Shown here one piece after another: positions 41,288 through 55,954 of a DNA stretch of 64,000 bases. Made by a program: the position numbers and the translations under genes. Source of the stretch: Octopus sinensis (Eukaryota); assembly GCF_006345805.1 (NCBI RefSeq), contig NC_042999.1, positions 16,182,001 through 16,246,000 of the forward strand, written 5' to 3'. The notes beneath the pieces are model-generated. The model searched no databases and had not been told where the DNA came from. It saw nothing but the letters and a program-made list of their open reading frames with translations. Every line of letters begins with the position of its first letter. Positions within the stretch are counted from its first letter, which is position 1.

Positions 41288-41730
41288 ATCATCATCATCA
41301 TCATCATCATCGTTTAACGTCCGCTTTCCATGCTAGCATGTGTTGGATGGTTCAACTGGGGTCTGGCAAGCCCGAAGGCTGCACCAGGCCAGTCAGATCT
41401 GGCAGTGTTTCTAACGCCAACCACTCCGAGAGTGTAGTGGGTGATTTTATGTGCCACCGACACAGGTGCCAGACGAGGCTGGCAGACGGCCATGCTCGGA
41501 TGGTGTTTTTTATGTGCCACCGACACAGGTGCCAGACGAGGCTGGCAGACGGCCATGCTCGGATGGTGTTTTTTATGTGCCACCGACACAGGTGCCAGAC
41601 GAGGCTGGCAGACGGCCACGCTCGGATGGTGTTTTCTTATGTGTCACCGGCACAGGTGCCAGACGAAGCTGGCGAACGGCCACGCTCGGATGGTGTTTGT
41701 TACATGCCCTCAGCACGGAGGCCAGTCGAT
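41288..41730 (-). mobile_element. Family C element with internal 63-bp minisatellite, four units
   Basis: Units start at 41451, 41514, 41577, 41641. Confidence 0.85.
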
Positions 41731-41742
41731 GCGGTAATATAT

Positions 41743-41791
<49 letters not shown>

Positions 41792-41810
41792 GTGTGTATA
41801 TATATATGTA

Positions 41811-41844
<34 letters not shown>

Positions 41845-42439
41845 AATACATATATACATATACATATATATGTATAATATATGTATATATATATATATAC
41901 ACCACATTTACACACACATACATATACCTAAGTGATGTCACAATGCTTGATTGCTGAAATTTGAACACTTAAATTAAATAGCTAAAATAAAACATAAAAC
42001 AAGTGTTGGGATAATTTGTTTGATTAGACCTGTTAAGGTGGTGCACCAGCATGGCCACAATGCAACAAGTGACAACTAGAGCCACATAGCAATATCATTA
42101 ATGTGTCAATTGTCTTACCTGTGGGAAACACACAATACTAACAGCAAAATATAAAACTTTGACGTTAAAGTCAACTGACTAATACCCTCTCTTCATGTTA
42201 TCCAGCCAAGTCCATGTCTATTTCACAGGTTTGGTTATGCAAATAGAGGAAAACTGAGTATGTATATTTTTTTTATTAATATTTAGCAAAAGCAAAGAGT
42301 GATTAAAAAAAAATGAAAGTTTTATGCATTGGCATTTATCAAACTTTTCTGTTTTTACAATACACATAAACTGCAACTAGTAGTTTTTACAGGAATGGGA
42401 AGCTTTTAGTACTAGGGGCAAATTGCATATCTAAAATAA

Positions 42440-43085
42440 GCCTGTTAGGATGTGTCCATGCTGAGAAGACTCGGCAAGCGCAAGTGAGACCATAACCTTG
42501 TGGCCTACGCCAGGAGTGTAACCAGTCCACTTATGTGTGCCTTTCCTTCATTGGACACTAAACTCTGCTTGCGAAGACTTGTTGAGGCAAGTGAAATCAA
42601 TATCGAAATCAAATTTGATGACTGGCATCCATGCTAGTGGAGCACTAAGAGAACCATACGAGTGAGATCGGAGCTAGAGCAACAAGCTGGCCTCCGAGCC
42701 GATGGCACGTTAAAAACACCATTCTGAGTGTGATCATTACCTGCGTCGCCTACTATCACTTGTGCTGGTGGCATGTGAAAAAACATTCCAGCAAGGTCGT
42801 TGCCAGTGCCACTGGACTGGCTACTGTACAGGAGGCACATAAAAAACACCATTTGAGCATTGCCGTTGCCAGTACCGCCTGACTGACCCTCATGCCGGTT
42901 GCACATAAAAGCACCCAGTACACTCTCGAAGTGGTTAACGTTAGGAAGGGCATCCAGCTGTAGAAACTCTGCCAGATCAAGATTGGAGCCTGGTGCAGCC
43001 ATCTGGTTCACCAGTCCTCAGTCAAATTGTTCAACCCATGCCAGCATGGAAAGCGGACGTTAAACGATGATGATGATGATGATGA
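42440..43085 (+). mobile_element. Family C non-autonomous retroelement, longest copy, (GAT)n tail
   Basis: Internal ~60-bp repeats, gttaggaagggcatccagctgtagaaac motif, ends ggacgttaaac(gat)n; other copies at 341-552, 14650-15020, 18100-18270, 19695-19968, 36685-36890, 50340-50728. Confidence 0.75.
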
Positions 43086-43324
43086 TAATAATTTATAATT
43101 AATTTGGATATACCTTATAATAGTTTCAAATTTTTTCACAAGTCTAGCAATTTTGGGGAAGGGTAACTTGACTACATCAACCCCCCCCCCCCCCAGGGTT
43201 CATCTGGTACTTATTTTATTGACTTCAAAAGGGTGAAAGGCAAAGTCAACCCCAGTGAGATTTGAACTCGTGATATAAAGACGGATGTAATATGGCAAAG
43301 CATTTTGCCCATTGTTCTGCTGGC

Positions 43325-44010
43325 TTACTCTTTTACTCTTTTACTTGTTTCAGTCATTTGACTGCGGCCATGCTGGAGCACCGCCTTTAGTCGATCTAGC
43401 AAATTGACCCCAGGACTTATTCTTTGTAAGCCTAGAACTTATTCTATTGGTCTCTTTTGCCGAACCGCTAAGTTACGGGGACGTAAACACATCAGCATCG
43501 GTTGTCAAGCACAGACACACAAACATATATACACTCACATACATACACATATATCATCATCATCATCATCATCATCGTTTTCCATGCTAGCATGGGTTGG
43601 ACGGTTCTACTGGGGTCTGTGAAGCCAGAAGGCTTCATCAGGCCCAGTCAAATCTGGCAGTGTTTCTACGGCTGGATGCCCTTCCTAACGCCAACCACTC
43701 CGTGAGTGTAGTGGGTGCTTTTTACGTGCCACCCGCACTGGTGCCAGACAGAGCTGGCAAACGGCCACGAACGGATGGTGCTTTTTATGTGCCACCGGCA
43801 CGAGGGCCAGGCGAGGCTGGCAACGGACACATATATGTACATATATACGATGGGCTGCTTTCAGTTTCTGTCTACCAAATCCACTCACAAGGCTTTGGTC
43901 AGCCCAAGGCTATAGTAGAAGACACTTGCTCAAGGTGCCACACAGTGGGACTGAACCTGGAACCGTGTGGTTCGTAAGCAAGCTACTTATCACACAGCCA
44001 CTCCTACGCC
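43325..44010 (-). mobile_element. SINE family A with a family C element nested in its internal microsatellite
   Basis: A 3' half 43325-43550, C 43553-43830, A 5' half 43845-44010. Confidence 0.82.
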
Positions 44011-44884
44011 TTTTTGGTTACAACTTACATTAAATTTATATTTCAGAACTAGGCTTATATCTATGTTTTATTTGTATGTTCTTAATGAATTAATCAATGA
44101 TAGGTTTAAAAATTTGTTATTTTACCCCTGGGTAAAAGATTTTCCCACTCCTGGCTCAGAGAAAGGAAAAAAAAATACATGCTCTATGAAAGGTAAGTTA
44201 ACTTTAAAGTTATATAAGCAAAGTTATATAATTATATAATTTTTTATACATCACCAAATATAAAATACATATATTTATTAATTCAGTTTGACTTGTCTGT
44301 CATTATTATTTATTTGTATATATCGTCCTTGGAATTATAAGAAACAGTTCTTGTATATTATGATGGATAGAGAGACAACAAATTGTCTGACTTTTGGGAG
44401 GTTTCACACAAATTATGAATATATGTCGACAGCAATTAAATGAGTTTAACTCACAGGACATGAATCATGCAAGTGAAAGATATTTTTCTTTTCAGTTATA
44501 TATCATCATCTCATTACTTAGAACAGTTATATTCAATGTATTCATTGCTTTGACAACTGATTTTTAAATAGATGTCATAAAATTACTTGCAATGAATTTC
44601 ATGTCAGCTACAATCAAAATAGCTAAATATTAAGTAAAATTTCATCGTCTTCGTCAAATGTGTTTAAAGAAGGATATGAAATTATAGCTTAAAGGCCATA
44701 GAATTATAAGCATCAAAAACTAGCATCTGATACATATATGAATACCTTCAATAAACTAAGAATTCATGATTGTAAAATTTGTATCTTTCTAACAATTATT
44801 CCCTGATTATGGAATTTGGAAATGGTGTAAATACTCTTATGTCATCGACATTTCTTGTTCTGGTAATGAAGAGACATCTTATGA

Positions 44885-45376
44885 ATCCTTTTAATACCAA
44901 CACATCTTTTTTCTTTACTACCCACAAGGGGCTAAACACAGAGAAGACAAACAAGGACAGGCAAATGGATTAAGTCGATTATATCAACCCCAGTACGTAA
45001 ATGGTACTTAATTTATCGACCCCGAAAGGATGAAAGGCAAAGTCGACCTTGGCAGAATTTGAACTCAGAATGTAGTGGCAGACAAAATACCACTAAGCAT
45101 TTCACCCGGTGTGCTAACGATTCTGCCAGCTTGCCGCCTTCAATGATACCAACACATCTGAGACTGCCACAGGTTCTATGATACAAACTTCCTGTCTTTA
45201 AAGCGATCTAAATTGAAATCTTTTATCAAAATTTCATGTTATGTTCCAAACACCAGCTTAATAATAATAACAAAGTTATTTTCCTGAATTCTTCATTACT
45301 TTCGAAATTAATTGAGAAAAATAAACAGGAAAACAGATAGGGTGCTTCAACAGAAATACGATAACAAAAGGGTTAA
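44885..45376. mobile_element. Older related TTAA-type MITE interrupted by a SINE
   Basis: Ends tccttttaatacca and gataacaaaagggttaa; SINE 44910-45140 flanked by 14-bp TSD ataccaacacatct (44894-44907, 45146-45159). Confidence 0.7.
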
Positions 45377-45599
45377 TATTTCAGATGACTTTCAATTTCT
45401 ATGTTTTGCTTCAGTTTTCTGTTATGAATAACATAGGCTAAATTTTATGAGGACTTCATTTTAACAACGACCAAACACTGAAGCAGATAATCGAATTGCA
45501 ATTTTAAAATCAATAATATGTCTTGTGAGTGAATTCAGTAAATGGTAATAATGTGGAAGCCCATAATGAGTGTATGCATATGTGTGTATAATTGTGATT

Positions 45600-46025
45600 G
45601 TGTGTATGTGTAGTGTGTGCTCAAATGGATACATACGTACAAACATACATATGTATGCATGAGTGTATATATGTATGTATGTATATGTATGTATGTATGT
45701 ATATATGTATGTATATATGCATGCATGTATGTATGTGTGTGTACGTATGTATGTATGTATGTATGTATGCATGCATGTATGTATGTGTGTAAATGTATGT
45801 ATGTATTATGTATGTATGCATGTATGTATGTGTGTGTACGTATGTATGTATGTATGCATGTATGCATGTATGTATGTATGTATGTGTGTGTATGTATGTA
45901 TATATATATATGTATGTATGTATGTGTATGTATGTATGTATGTATGTATGCATGCATGTATGTATGTATGTATGTATGTATGTATGCATGTATGTATGTG
46001 TGTAAATGTATGTATGTATGTAAGT
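45600..46025. repeat. (TATG)n degenerate microsatellite
   Basis: Direct reading. Confidence 0.9.
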
Positions 46026-46102
46026 ATATAATTATGCACCAGGAGTTGAATGTAGTAAATGGTGAACAGTGGTGAGAGTAAAATTCATATAAACACATAC
46101 AT

Positions 46103-46281
46103 AGTTGCAGGCATGACTGTGTTGTAAGAAGCTTGCTTACCAACCACATGATTCTGGGTTCAGTTCCAATGTGTGGCACCTTGTGCAAGTGACTTCTACT
46201 ATAGCCTTGGGTTGACCAAAGCCTTGTGAGTGGATTTGGTAGATGGAAACTGAAAGAAACCTGTTGTATATATGTATATAA

Positions 46282-46342
<61 letters not shown>

Positions 46343-46718
46343 TATATATATATTGTTGTATCTGGGGAGAGTCATTTTCTTTTTGTGTCTTATATGTAAC
46401 ACACTTACCGGTAAAATTTCCACTTTTTTCTTATTTTTATTTTCCTAAAATTTTCATTGCGTCTTGCAACCTTTTCAATAGTCTTGACTAAATCCAAAAA
46501 CGAAATATATGTGTGTATGTGTGTGTGTGTGTCTGTTTTTGTTACCCCACTGTCACTTGGCAACCAATGTTGGTGTGTTTATGTCCCTGTAACTTAGTGG
46601 TTTGGCAAAAAGAGACCACTAGAATAAGTACCAGCCTTACAAAGAGTAAGTCTTTGATTAAAGGCAGTGCTCCAGCATGGCTGCAGTCAAATGACTGAAA
46701 CAAGCAAAAGAAGAAAAG
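46103..46718 (+). mobile_element. SINE family A with a Penelope-like fragment in its internal (TA)n
   Basis: A halves flank a foreign segment at 46350-46500. Confidence 0.75.
46444..46483 (-). ncRNA. Decayed hammerhead-like motif in a TA-embedded fragment (46350-46500)
   Basis: Minus strand TTGAAAA-G-GTTGC aagac GCAAT-GAAA; fragment start ttgttgtatctggggagagtcatttt resembles ~7649 ttgttgtattttgggacagttatttt. Confidence 0.35.
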
Positions 46719-48265
46719 AATATGCACATATATATGAATATATGTAATAAAAACAGAATGCATTTTCTGGTACTGCTACAATTGTTTCAATAAAAATCTT
46801 TATTGTGATGCAAACACAGTACAGGCAAGTATGCAGTATGCACAGCATGTACTATGTTATGCAACTCCCAACTCATCAGGTTTACCATGTAAACAAACAG
46901 GCAGTGAAATGTTGATTAATCCACAGATCATCAGCATGTGAAATTTCTAATCAGAATTACCAACATTTAAGAAATGTAAATGAATGGGACTACAGAGTGT
47001 CAGTCATAAGACACAATAAAAGTTGTTGGTGATGATGATGATGATGATGATAAGTTAAAAAGGTGACATTGGTAAAACATGCTTGTATTAGCAGCAGATA
47101 GCATGTACCAAATATGACATTTAACTTTTCAAAACACATTTGAATACAGTTGCTGATTTTGTTCTAAAACACTTATTTACTATGTTATATTGTTCTGTAT
47201 ATTAAGGAGTGACATGGTTGATAAATTATTGTTACTTTTTTCATTTGCTAATTTCATCTTGATTAAAGTACTCCAATTAATTATCACAGAACTATTAAAA
47301 TATTAGCTTCAATTAAGGGAGATTCACCTAATTATAATTCTGAAAAAATAACTTAAGGGAAATTGCCAAGACTAGAAAAGGTTTCTGCAAAATTTCAGCA
47401 GAAAAGGAGGGATAAAAGGGGAAGGGAAAATAAAATATAATCATTGATAAACAGAGATAACCATAATCAGAGAACAAGCAATTATAACATGTAAATACTT
47501 AAATAGAAAGAGTTTAGGATAAATCTAATAGCAAAGGTGGTCAACTCATTATGAGAAGACAGTATTGGCACAGACAAATAAATATGTATACTGGACTAAT
47601 GAAAGTAGCTTAGGCAATAATCAGTGTTAACATAAACATGTAAATCTATAAATTTATAAATTTATGTTAGTTAAATATCGAAATTTAGAGAGATCATTTA
47701 TATAGCTGCAACAAAGTTATGAGTTGAAAGGCCAGAAATAACAGAGATAGAAAAACAGGACCAATATTACCAATAAAAATTTTAAAAATGAAAGAAACCA
47801 TGTATACTAATGATTCCTTTAACCAATATTGTCAGAATATTATTGAGAATAAAGCAAATCAATTAAAATCATGTAGGTTCAGTGGCTAGGTTAGTTCACT
47901 ACTATAATAAATTAAAATTATGGGGAGTATTAAAAAAATATTAAAAGAATTCATAGGAATTATAAAGAATTATAAAGACCATAACTAGGGAGGGTAAAGC
48001 AAATATAAAGATATCACCTAAGGTTAGAAGCAAATTGAATAAAGTTATTAAATTAAATTATATTTTTAGATTGTTTTAGATTCTTTTGGATACTGTTGGA
48101 TTTGTGGTTTACCAAACAATAGTGAACTTCCCTTCATCAATCCTTTCTGTGTTCTGATAATGGATTACTGAAGTGTCTGAATTACATAATTCTGTGGTGC
48201 CAATAATTGTGGCCTGCTTCACTTTGATATGCCTCAATCATTCATGGATCTCATTAATCAAATTT

Positions 48266-49325
<1,060 letters not shown>

Positions 49326-49931
49326 CATATGTATATATAATACATACATATAGATAAATATAACACATATACACAAAGCACATGAAAAAACACACACATA
49401 CACACACATACACACACAACATACACACCCCATCCAGATTTTATATATACATGCATATACCATTTGCCATATCCTATATTCCTCATCTATTATTTCCATT
49501 ATTTTTTCTGTCACATTCTGTTCAATTCTGAGCACTGTTCAATTCAAACTATTTCCACTATTATTATATTTTTATGCTTCCATATAATCCTTACACATAT
49601 CATGATGCAATTCTATTCAAGCTGTTGTTATGCAAGAAGACTTTCAGTCTGGTAATTCTAAAACTTCACAGTGGCAAGAAAAGATTTTCAATGATCGACA
49701 TTATTTATCCGCTGCAAGGCTTAACATTGATGTGACAAGTAATCTCTGATTGCATTTTAATGGCCTGGGGGAATTTGCGAGTAATCCTTGAGTATGTTTT
49801 TCTTTATATGTTTTTTCAGATTTATGTCAGATTTTGTTTACAGCGGACAGAAAAGTATAAGACTAGATCTTTATTTTCAGATATTTGGTCACCGTTAAAA
49901 TATGTGAAGGCAAGGATATGCGTCTTCGTTC

Positions 49932-49964
<33 letters not shown>

Positions 49965-49973
49965 TATAATAAT

Positions 49974-50012
<39 letters not shown>

Positions 50013-50236
50013 CCTTTCTACTCTAGGCACAAGGCCTGAAATTTATGGGGAGAGGACTAGTCAATTATGTCAATCCCAGGGTTTCACAAGTACTTAATTT
50101 ATTGACCCCGAAAGGATGAATGGCATAGTCTACCTTGGCAGAATTTGAACTCAGAATGTAGCAGTTGAGAAAATAACGCTAAGCATTTCACCCAATGTGC
50201 TAACGATTCTGCCAGCTCACTGCCTTGATGATGAGG

Positions 50237-50338
<102 letters not shown>

Positions 50339-50736
50339 GGATCAGAATTGAAATCGATCAATGGAAATTGCAGATGTGTTACCAGTGCCGGTGGCATGTA
50401 AGAGAACTTTCCGTTTCGCGACCGTTGCCAGTACCGCCCCGTTTCGTGTCTGTTGCCAGCCTCGCCTGGCCCTCGTGCCGGTGGCACATAAAAAGCACCA
50501 TCCGTTCGTGGCCGTTTGCCAGCTCTGTCTGGCACCAGTGCGGGTGGCACGTAAAAAGCACCCACTACACTCACGGAGTGGTTGGCGTTAGGAAGGGCAT
50601 CCAGCCGTAGAAACACTGCCAGATTTGACTGGGCCTGATGAAGCCTTCTGGCTTCACAGACCCCAGTAGAACCGTCCAACCCATGCTAGCATGGAAAACG
50701 GACGCTAAACGATGATGATGATGATGATTAAACAAT

Positions 50737-51080
50737 AAAACAATACCTGTTGTCATAGGTGCCCTGGGAATGATAGCAAAAGGGGCTGATTGCTACCTAA
50801 CTCAGATACCAGGAAACCCCAAAATGGCAGAAATTCAAAAGATAGTGCCCATGGGAACTGCTCATATCCTACACAAAATACTTTCTATGTAATCTCAAGT
50901 TTTAAACCAAACATAATTTTCGTATTTTTTTTTTAGACATTCACTAGTACAACACTAAATACAAAACAAAATATATGGCATACAAACAACAATACAAACT
51001 TCCAACCTGTTGCCTCTTGAGGTCTCTGGGTGAGACTTGGAGCCAACTTGTACAAATATAAAGCAAAAGTCAAACATAGA
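50737..51080 (+). mobile_element. R4/Dong 3'-end fragment (lineage A)
   Basis: KTIPVVIGALGMIAKGADCYLTQIPGNPKMAEIQKIV...ILSM*; close match to the 20775-21213 copy; 3' (AAT)n. Confidence 0.88.
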
Positions 51081-51089
51081 ATAATAATA

Positions 51090-51133
<44 letters not shown>

Positions 51134-51272
51134 AATAATAATAATATTAATAATAATAATAATAACAACAACACAGCAGAAAGTGATAAGTGCAGAATCT
51201 GTGGACAAAATGGTGAAACTCTATGGCATATTACCAGCCAATGTACGCCACTAGCCTAGAAGGAATATATGC

Positions 51273-51680
51273 GTGAATGAGAAAAAGAAGAAAATGGAGA
51301 AATTTACTTATAGCCATATTACACACACATGCACGCAACTATATCATATATATTTGTTTATATGTATGTATATACTCATAACGGCTTTTTTTAAATACAT
51401 TCATTACCAAAATGCACGCATTTGAGTCTGTCAAGGGTCAACTACCTTGCTGGAATGTAACTTCTTGCTGGGAAATTCCCCCCTGATGAAATACCAAATT
51501 AACCAGTTTCATGAGGAAAAATTTAAATCCATTTAATTTTAAAATAATTTCTCAAATTGAACTAATTGGATATGGAAACAGCTGTAGGGTTAAGAAATTC
51601 ATATTATATTGATTTGAATATCTTTGAATAAACTGATGTCTATATGCAAATTTTTCCATTTTCTTCTTTTCCTCATTCAT
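51273..51680. repeat. 45-bp imperfect inverted repeat pair (possible old MITE)
   Basis: 51273-51317 vs reverse complement of 51636-51680, 39/45 identical. Confidence 0.6.
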
Positions 51681-51803
51681 AAATATTTTAAATACCAATA
51701 TGCATAAATGCAAAACTAAGGTATTTAGTTTTTCCAGAACACTGCTATAAACCTGAGAACTAGGATGCAAACATCCCCCAAAGGATTATAGGTCCTTAGC
51801 ATG

Positions 51804-51840
<37 letters not shown>

Positions 51841-52253
51841 TGAGACCCCCTTCAGTCATGACTGACCATGAGATTGCACCTAGAAAGTTACCCTCTCAGG
51901 TACAAGTCCAGGCAAAGCTGTTTTATGGAAGACCAGCAGTTGCCCATGCATACCAGCCTCCCCTCTCCACGCCACCAGTGTTATCCAAGGAAAAGGCAAA
52001 GGGACCGATACAGCTTGGCACCAGTGACGTCACAACTCATTTCTACAGGTGAGTGAACTGGAGCAACGTGAATAAAGAACACAACACAGTCCGGTCCGAG
52101 ATTTGAACTCACAACCTCATGATCGTAAGCTCGATATGTGCCTTCACATATATCTATATATAAATATCTATATCTATATCTATCTATCTATCTATCATAT
52201 ATCTATATATATGAGTGTGTGTGTGTGTGTGTGTATAAATATATATATATATA

Positions 52254-52376
52254 TACAAAATAAGGGCAAAAGAAAAATTCTAATGCCAAGTATGCCGAAA
52301 AAAAGACAAAATTGACAATTTTGTCTTTTTTTCGGCATACTTGGCATTAGAATTTTTCTTTTGCCCTTATTTTGTA
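52254..52376. repeat. Perfect palindrome, 61-bp arms, 1-nt spacer
   Basis: tacaaaataagggc...gacaaaattg-a-caattttgtc...gcccttattttgta is an exact inverted repeat. Confidence 0.95.
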
Positions 52377-52621
52377 AATTATTTATAAATTTAACCTTTA
52401 AAGGTATCTTTTGATATGCTGGCCATTGATAAAATTTTTTTCCCGAAAAAAATTTATCCTACATTAGATATATATATAGCGAACGTTAAATGATGATGAT
52501 GATCATCATATAGATCGATAGATAGATATATAGATAGATATAGATATTTATATATACATATATGTGAAGGCACATGGCTCAGTGGTTAGAGCATCGAGCT
52601 TAAGTGTATAGAGTGTGGTTG

Positions 52622-53416
52622 TCTCAAAAGGATCAGATTTCAACTGCACAAGATCTCCTTAATTGTGTTGAGGAAGATGAAATCTATTTTGTAAAAAAAA
52701 TTACATAACAAGCGATGAATCATGGGTCAGTGGCTATGACCCCACAACCAAGACTGATTCTTCTTTGTGGAAGACACCAACAAGCTCTCAAGATGTTGAA
52801 GATATATATGCAATAAAATGCAGCTGCTTAGTATCCCAAACATTTCCAGGAATTCTTCCACGAATGGAAACGATGCTGGATACAGTGTGTGTCTTCAGAA
52901 GGGGTCGACTTTAAAAGGAGATTAAATGCCAAACTAATATATACTCTTTACTCTTTACTCTTTTACATGTTTCAGTCATTTGACTGTGGCCATGCTGGAG
53001 CACACCCTTTTAGTTGAGCAAATCGACCCCAGGACTTATTCTTCATAAGACTAGTACTTATTTTATCGGTCTCTTTTGCCGAACCACTAAGTTACGGGGA
53101 CGTAAACACACAAGGATCAGTTGTCAAGTGATGTTGGGGGGACAAACACAGACACACAAACATATACACACACATACATATATATGCATATATACGACGG
53201 GCTTCTTTCAGTTTCCGTCTACCAAATCCACTCACAATGTTTTGGTTGGCCCGAGGTTATAGTAGAAGACACTTGTCCAAGGTGCCACGCAGTGGGACTG
53301 AACCCAGAACCATGTGGTTGGTAAGCAACGTACTTACCACACAGCCACTCCTACGCCTATATGTTGTAGTCTCCTTTTTATATCATCTGTCATGACACTT
53401 TTTGATCAGATCTCAT
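52622..53416 (+). mobile_element. Mariner-family remnant (internally deleted catalytic domain, C-terminus, 3' TIR) interrupted by a SINE
   Basis: ITSDESWVSGYDPTTKTDSSLWKTP (52705-52779), FQEFFHEWKRCWIQCVSSEGVDF (52844-52912); TIR-like acactttttgatcagatctcat at ~53395-53416. Confidence 0.78.
52942..53360 (-). mobile_element. SINE family A, full length, inserted in the mariner remnant
   Basis: Same structure. Confidence 0.85.
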
Positions 53417-54768
53417 TTGTATATGTTTCTTTACATTATGTTTTTTGCTTCTTAAAATTCCTGTCCTGTCATTCATTTCCATAACCATTTGATATGTGGA
53501 CGTCATCAGCTCAAGTTTAACATTTAACTAATATGGAATTAGAACTATTAAATTAGAATTAACAACCAGCAAAATAATATTAAATTAAAAAAAAACAAAC
53601 AAACATAAAAGAACTAAAAGAAACTTGAAAAATAATTTGAAATTTCTTTAATGAAGATTCAGCAAAATTATGATTTATTAGATTAAAGCATAATAATTTA
53701 TTAGATTAAAGCATAATAAAGTGCATTCCCAAAAGATATGGTTTTAATTGAACAGGGCAATTCAAAAGTCCTTTCATCATTAACTTAAATACGCACAAGT
53801 GAAGGCACAATGACTCAGTGGTTAGGGCAGTGGACTCATGGTTGTAGGATCACGGTTTCGATTCCCAGACTGGGCGTTGTGAGAGTTTATTGAGCGAAAA
53901 CACCTAAAGCTCCATGAGGCTCCAGCAGTGGATGGTGGTAATCCCTACTGTACTCTTTCACCACAACTTTCTCTCAGTCTTTCTTCCTGTTTCTGTTGTA
54001 CCTATATTTCAAAGGGCCAGCCTTGTCACACTCTGTGTCACACTGAATCACTCCCGAGAACTATGTTAAGGGTTCACATGTCTGTGGAGTGCTCAGCCAC
54101 TTGCATGTTAATTTTATGAGCAGGCTATTCCGTTGATCATATCAACTGGAAGCCTCATCGTCGTAACCGACAGAGTACTAAGATGAAGTGGGCACAGGCA
54201 TGGCTGTGTGGTAAGTAGCTTGCTTACCAATCACATGGTTTCAGGTTCAATCCCACTGCATGGCTCCTTGGGCAAATGTCTTCTACTATAGCACTGTGTG
54301 AACCAAAGCCTTGTGAGTGGATTTGGTAGATGGAAATTGAAAGAAACCCTGTGCGTAAAAATATATGTTTACATGAATGTATGTATATGTGGGAGGGTAT
54401 ATCAATGTGTTTCTTTGTCCTGACATCATGTGGTTGTTGTAAACGAATGTCATTCATATCCAATATTCTGCAAAAACATGTCTGGCCATGGTGAAACATT
54501 AACTTGTTTAGAAGCAGGTAATGGTTTGCAACAGGAAAGGCATCCAGCTGTAAGATATATGCCACAATAAAACTCTGATCCATGCAAGCACAGAAAAGTG
54601 GATGTTAAAATTTTGATGAAGATGGTGATGAAGATGATGTATAGATTTGTCTATGTGTTTGTGTGTATGTGTGTGTATGTTTGTGTCTTTGTTTTGGTAT
54701 CGTGCAAAACACACCAGCATCTGTTATCAAGCGATGTTGGGAAGACAAACACAGACACACAAACACAT

Positions 54769-54813
<45 letters not shown>

Positions 54814-54909
54814 ACGGGAAGCTTTATGAAAATAAACAAAAGACGAAGGCAGGTGGAATACAAACAAACAATTGTATTAGTATGGCGCTCAGGAATATCA
54901 ATAAAACAA

Positions 54910-54950
54910 GTCTTTTACGTTTCGAGCCTACGCTCTTCAACAGAAAGATA
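54910..54950 (-). ncRNA. Minimal type I hammerhead-like motif, second copy (element 54816-55016 inside (TA)n)
   Basis: Minus strand tcttt-CTGTTGA-A-GAGC gtag GCTC-GAAAC-GTA-aaaga. Confidence 0.6.
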
Positions 54951-55954
54951 CACAGAAAAGAAACACGGAGAGAAACAAGGAGAGAAAAAAATGCGTGCAG
55001 AAGCTAGCGAATCAACATATATATATATATATATATATATACATATGCATATATATGACGGGCTTCTTTGAGTTTCCATCTACCAAATCCACTCACAAGG
55101 CTTTGGTCAGCCCAAGGCTATAATAGAAGACACTTGCCAAAGGTGTCACACAGTGGGACTGAACCTGGAACCATGTAGTTAGTAAGCAACTACTTACCAC
55201 ACAGCCACTCCTATGCCTATCATCATTATCATCATCATCATCACCACCAGATCCACTCACAAGCTTCAGGTCTGCCTGAGGCTTCAATTGAAAGCCACTT
55301 TCCTAAGGTGCCACACAGCGGGATTATTGCTGGAAAGCAACAGCTATTCTTACCACGCAGCCATTCTTGCGTCTGTTTATTAATTTATTTTCGAAAATAA
55401 AACCACGGTAAGACTTATTTGCTTATGAAACTAATGTTACGTAATATTTTGGTATGTCATTATCACTGCATTAATATAAATATTATTATGGTTTGTTTTA
55501 TAAAGCAGTAATTATAACAAATGTTATCCTGTCTAAAAATGATTGACTACAATGAAGCAGAAACACTGTCATGGTATATCACCTCAAACTCTCAGTGATT
55601 AAACTGCTACAGGAGAAAAATCGCATAAAATAAAGTGAAAGTAAATTATGATGTAGAACTGTCTGAATGAGGGAAAAAAATAAAATAAAATGCAATTACA
55701 GGAAAACATTATTTTGTCGACAAACCAACATGGCTTACGAGAATGAAAGAGAATTAGAATGGAAATATCATTTGTAAAAATGTCCTTCGTTTAAATGTAA
55801 AAAAAGATATTTAGATGCATAGAGGGTGACATATTAGATGTTGGGTCAGTAGATCATATCTTCATATTTTAATCCCTTTCTTTCTCTCTCTCTCTCTCTA
55901 TCTATCTATCCTTTTATTCTATCCTTTTATTCTTTTCTTCCATTCTTTTATTTT

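Noticed and set aside
41451-41704. CRISPR-like regular repeats
   Set aside because: Tandem units without unique spacers, no cas genes, eukaryotic context
50631-50660. CTGATGA followed by hairpin agcc-ttct-ggct in family C
   Set aside because: No GAAA after the stem, and other family C copies read ctggtgcag; chance match to a hammerhead
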